DNA from: Selaginella moellendorffii | Taxonomy: Eukaryota; Plantae; Lycopodiophyta | Length of the DNA stretch: 64,000 nucleotides | Assembly (NCBI RefSeq): GCF_000143415.4 | Contig: NW_003314287.1 | Coordinates: 394,203-458,202, forward strand | Direction of reading: 5' to 3' | Shown: positions 62,726 to 64,000 of the stretch, piece by piece | Layout: every line of letters begins with the position of its first letter | Position numbering within the stretch: position 1 is the stretch's first letter | Position numbers and translations under genes: made by a program | Notes under the pieces: generated by a model | Told to the model about the DNA's origin: nothing | Seen by the model: the letters and a program-made list of their open reading frames with translations, nothing else | Databases searched by the model: none

Positions 62726-64000
62726 ATGGACAGGGCATTGGCGATGGAAACGCTAGCTCCGGGCGCTCGATTGACGCACTGGCGGAACTCCGCAGTTTCT
62801 CCAGTCAGATTTCCATCCCGGAAAGCCGCATTTGGCATCGGATTGCGCGCTGGATTGAGCTGCTCGCCGCCGCGCCAGGTCGGATTCATCTCGAGGGATT
62901 CCTCGTCCTCCAGGAAAATCTCGTGCTCGTCGGCTCCAGAGCCGTCGACGCCGGCAACAGTGATCGAGGCGGACGATCCGAAATCTCTGAAAAAGCCGCT
63001 GGAGGGTGCCAAGCCTTTGCCACTGGCGATCTCGGTCAGTGTGGGGCTGATTTTGAGATTCCTGGTTCCAAAGCCCGCGGCAGTGTCGGCTCAAGCCTGG
63101 CAGCTCCTATCGATCTTCTTATCGACGATCACGGGTCTCGTTCTCAGTCCACTGCCGGTTGGAGCTTGGGCCTTCGTAGGATTGACAACAACAGTGCTCA
63201 CACGGACACTATCTTTCGCGTCGGCTTTCAGCGCCTTCACAAACGATGTCATCTGGCTCATCGTCATCTCCTTTTTCTTCGCGAGAGGATTCGTGAAAAC
63301 CGGCCTGGGTGATAGAATTGCCACGTACTTCGTGAAGTGGCTGGGGAAAAGCACACTGGGACTTTCTTATGGGCTTACTGTGAGCGAAGCGCTCATAGCA
63401 CCAGCGATGCCGAGCACGACCGCACGAGCGGGGGGAGTGTTCTTGCCGATCATCAACTCACTCTCTCTTTCGGCTGGGAGCCGTCCAAACGATAAATCGT
63501 CGTCAAAGCTTGGAGCGTACCTCGTCCAGACTCAATTCCAGGTTTGGTTTCCAACTTTTACGTGATATGTTGGTTTTAAAAGTGTTGGTGGCGCGAAATG
63601 CAGGCTGCTGGAAACTCGAGCGCTCTCTTTTTGACTGCTGCGGCACAGAATCTATTGTGCCTGAAGCTGGCAGAGGAGCTGGGCGTTATCGTGGCGAATC
63701 CATGGGTGACATGGCTTAAAGTGGCGATCGTCCCGGCCGCTTTATCGCTACTCTCAACCCCGTTGCTCCTCTACAAGCTGTATCCTCCCGAGATCAAAGA
63801 CACTCCTGAAGCTCCTGCAATGGCTGAAAAGAAGCTGCAGCAAATGGGGCCTGTGACTAAGAGCGAGTGGGTGATGGTTTCGACGATGCTCCTCGCTGTT
63901 ACTCTGTGGGTTTTGGGGTAAGTTATGGTTTCATCCAGTAATTTGCGATGTCTTACTGGTGATTTTTTTTCTCGCAGAGATAAACTTGGAGTTCCAAGTG
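62726..64000 (+). CDS. DiT2: Plastid dicarboxylate transporter 2 (glutamate/malate translocator), runs off the window end
   Basis: Transit-peptide-like N-terminus; WQLLSIFLSTITGLVLSPLPVGAWAF (DiT2-type), PAMPSTTARAGG, ALFLTAAAQNLLC; introns 63542-63603 and 63918-63977. Confidence 0.93.

Overview
Eukaryotic land-plant nuclear DNA, most consistent with a Selaginella-type lycophyte (inference from very compact genes, ~50-80 bp GT-AG introns, sub-400-bp divergent promoters and a PLS-class PPR remnant). Two gene-dense islands are separated by a nested transposon block. Left island (6.1-19.2 kb): ALT/MKS2-type hot-dog thioesterase (frameshifted), DUF4228/PADRE protein, retinoblastoma-related RBR, pfkB fructokinase, SprT/Spartan-like protease and CSLC glucan synthase. 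Right island (53-64 kb): truncated PPR, DUF677 pseudogene, an intact 8-exon orphan gene with a divergent partner ORF, LPEAT2-like acyltransferase, RRP1/Nop52 and DiT2 (runs off the window end). Positions 1-5.4 kb and 19.8-50.5 kb are mostly decayed Ty3/Gypsy elements, solo LTRs, a hAT remnant and inverted repeats. Most notable is a ~670-700 bp TRIM family (3 copies) in which a tRNA-type Pol III promoter appears to form only across the 5'LTR-PBS junction (A box in the LTR, B box after the PBS), followed by a SINE-CORE-like hairpin and a T4-free body. Also notable: an intact, AT-rich, intronless secreted-protein ORF with a microbial-looking motif inside the TE block, and an RBR with a strongly shortened pocket spacer. 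All homology calls are from visual reading and recall; no database searches were run, and element boundaries in decayed regions are approximate.
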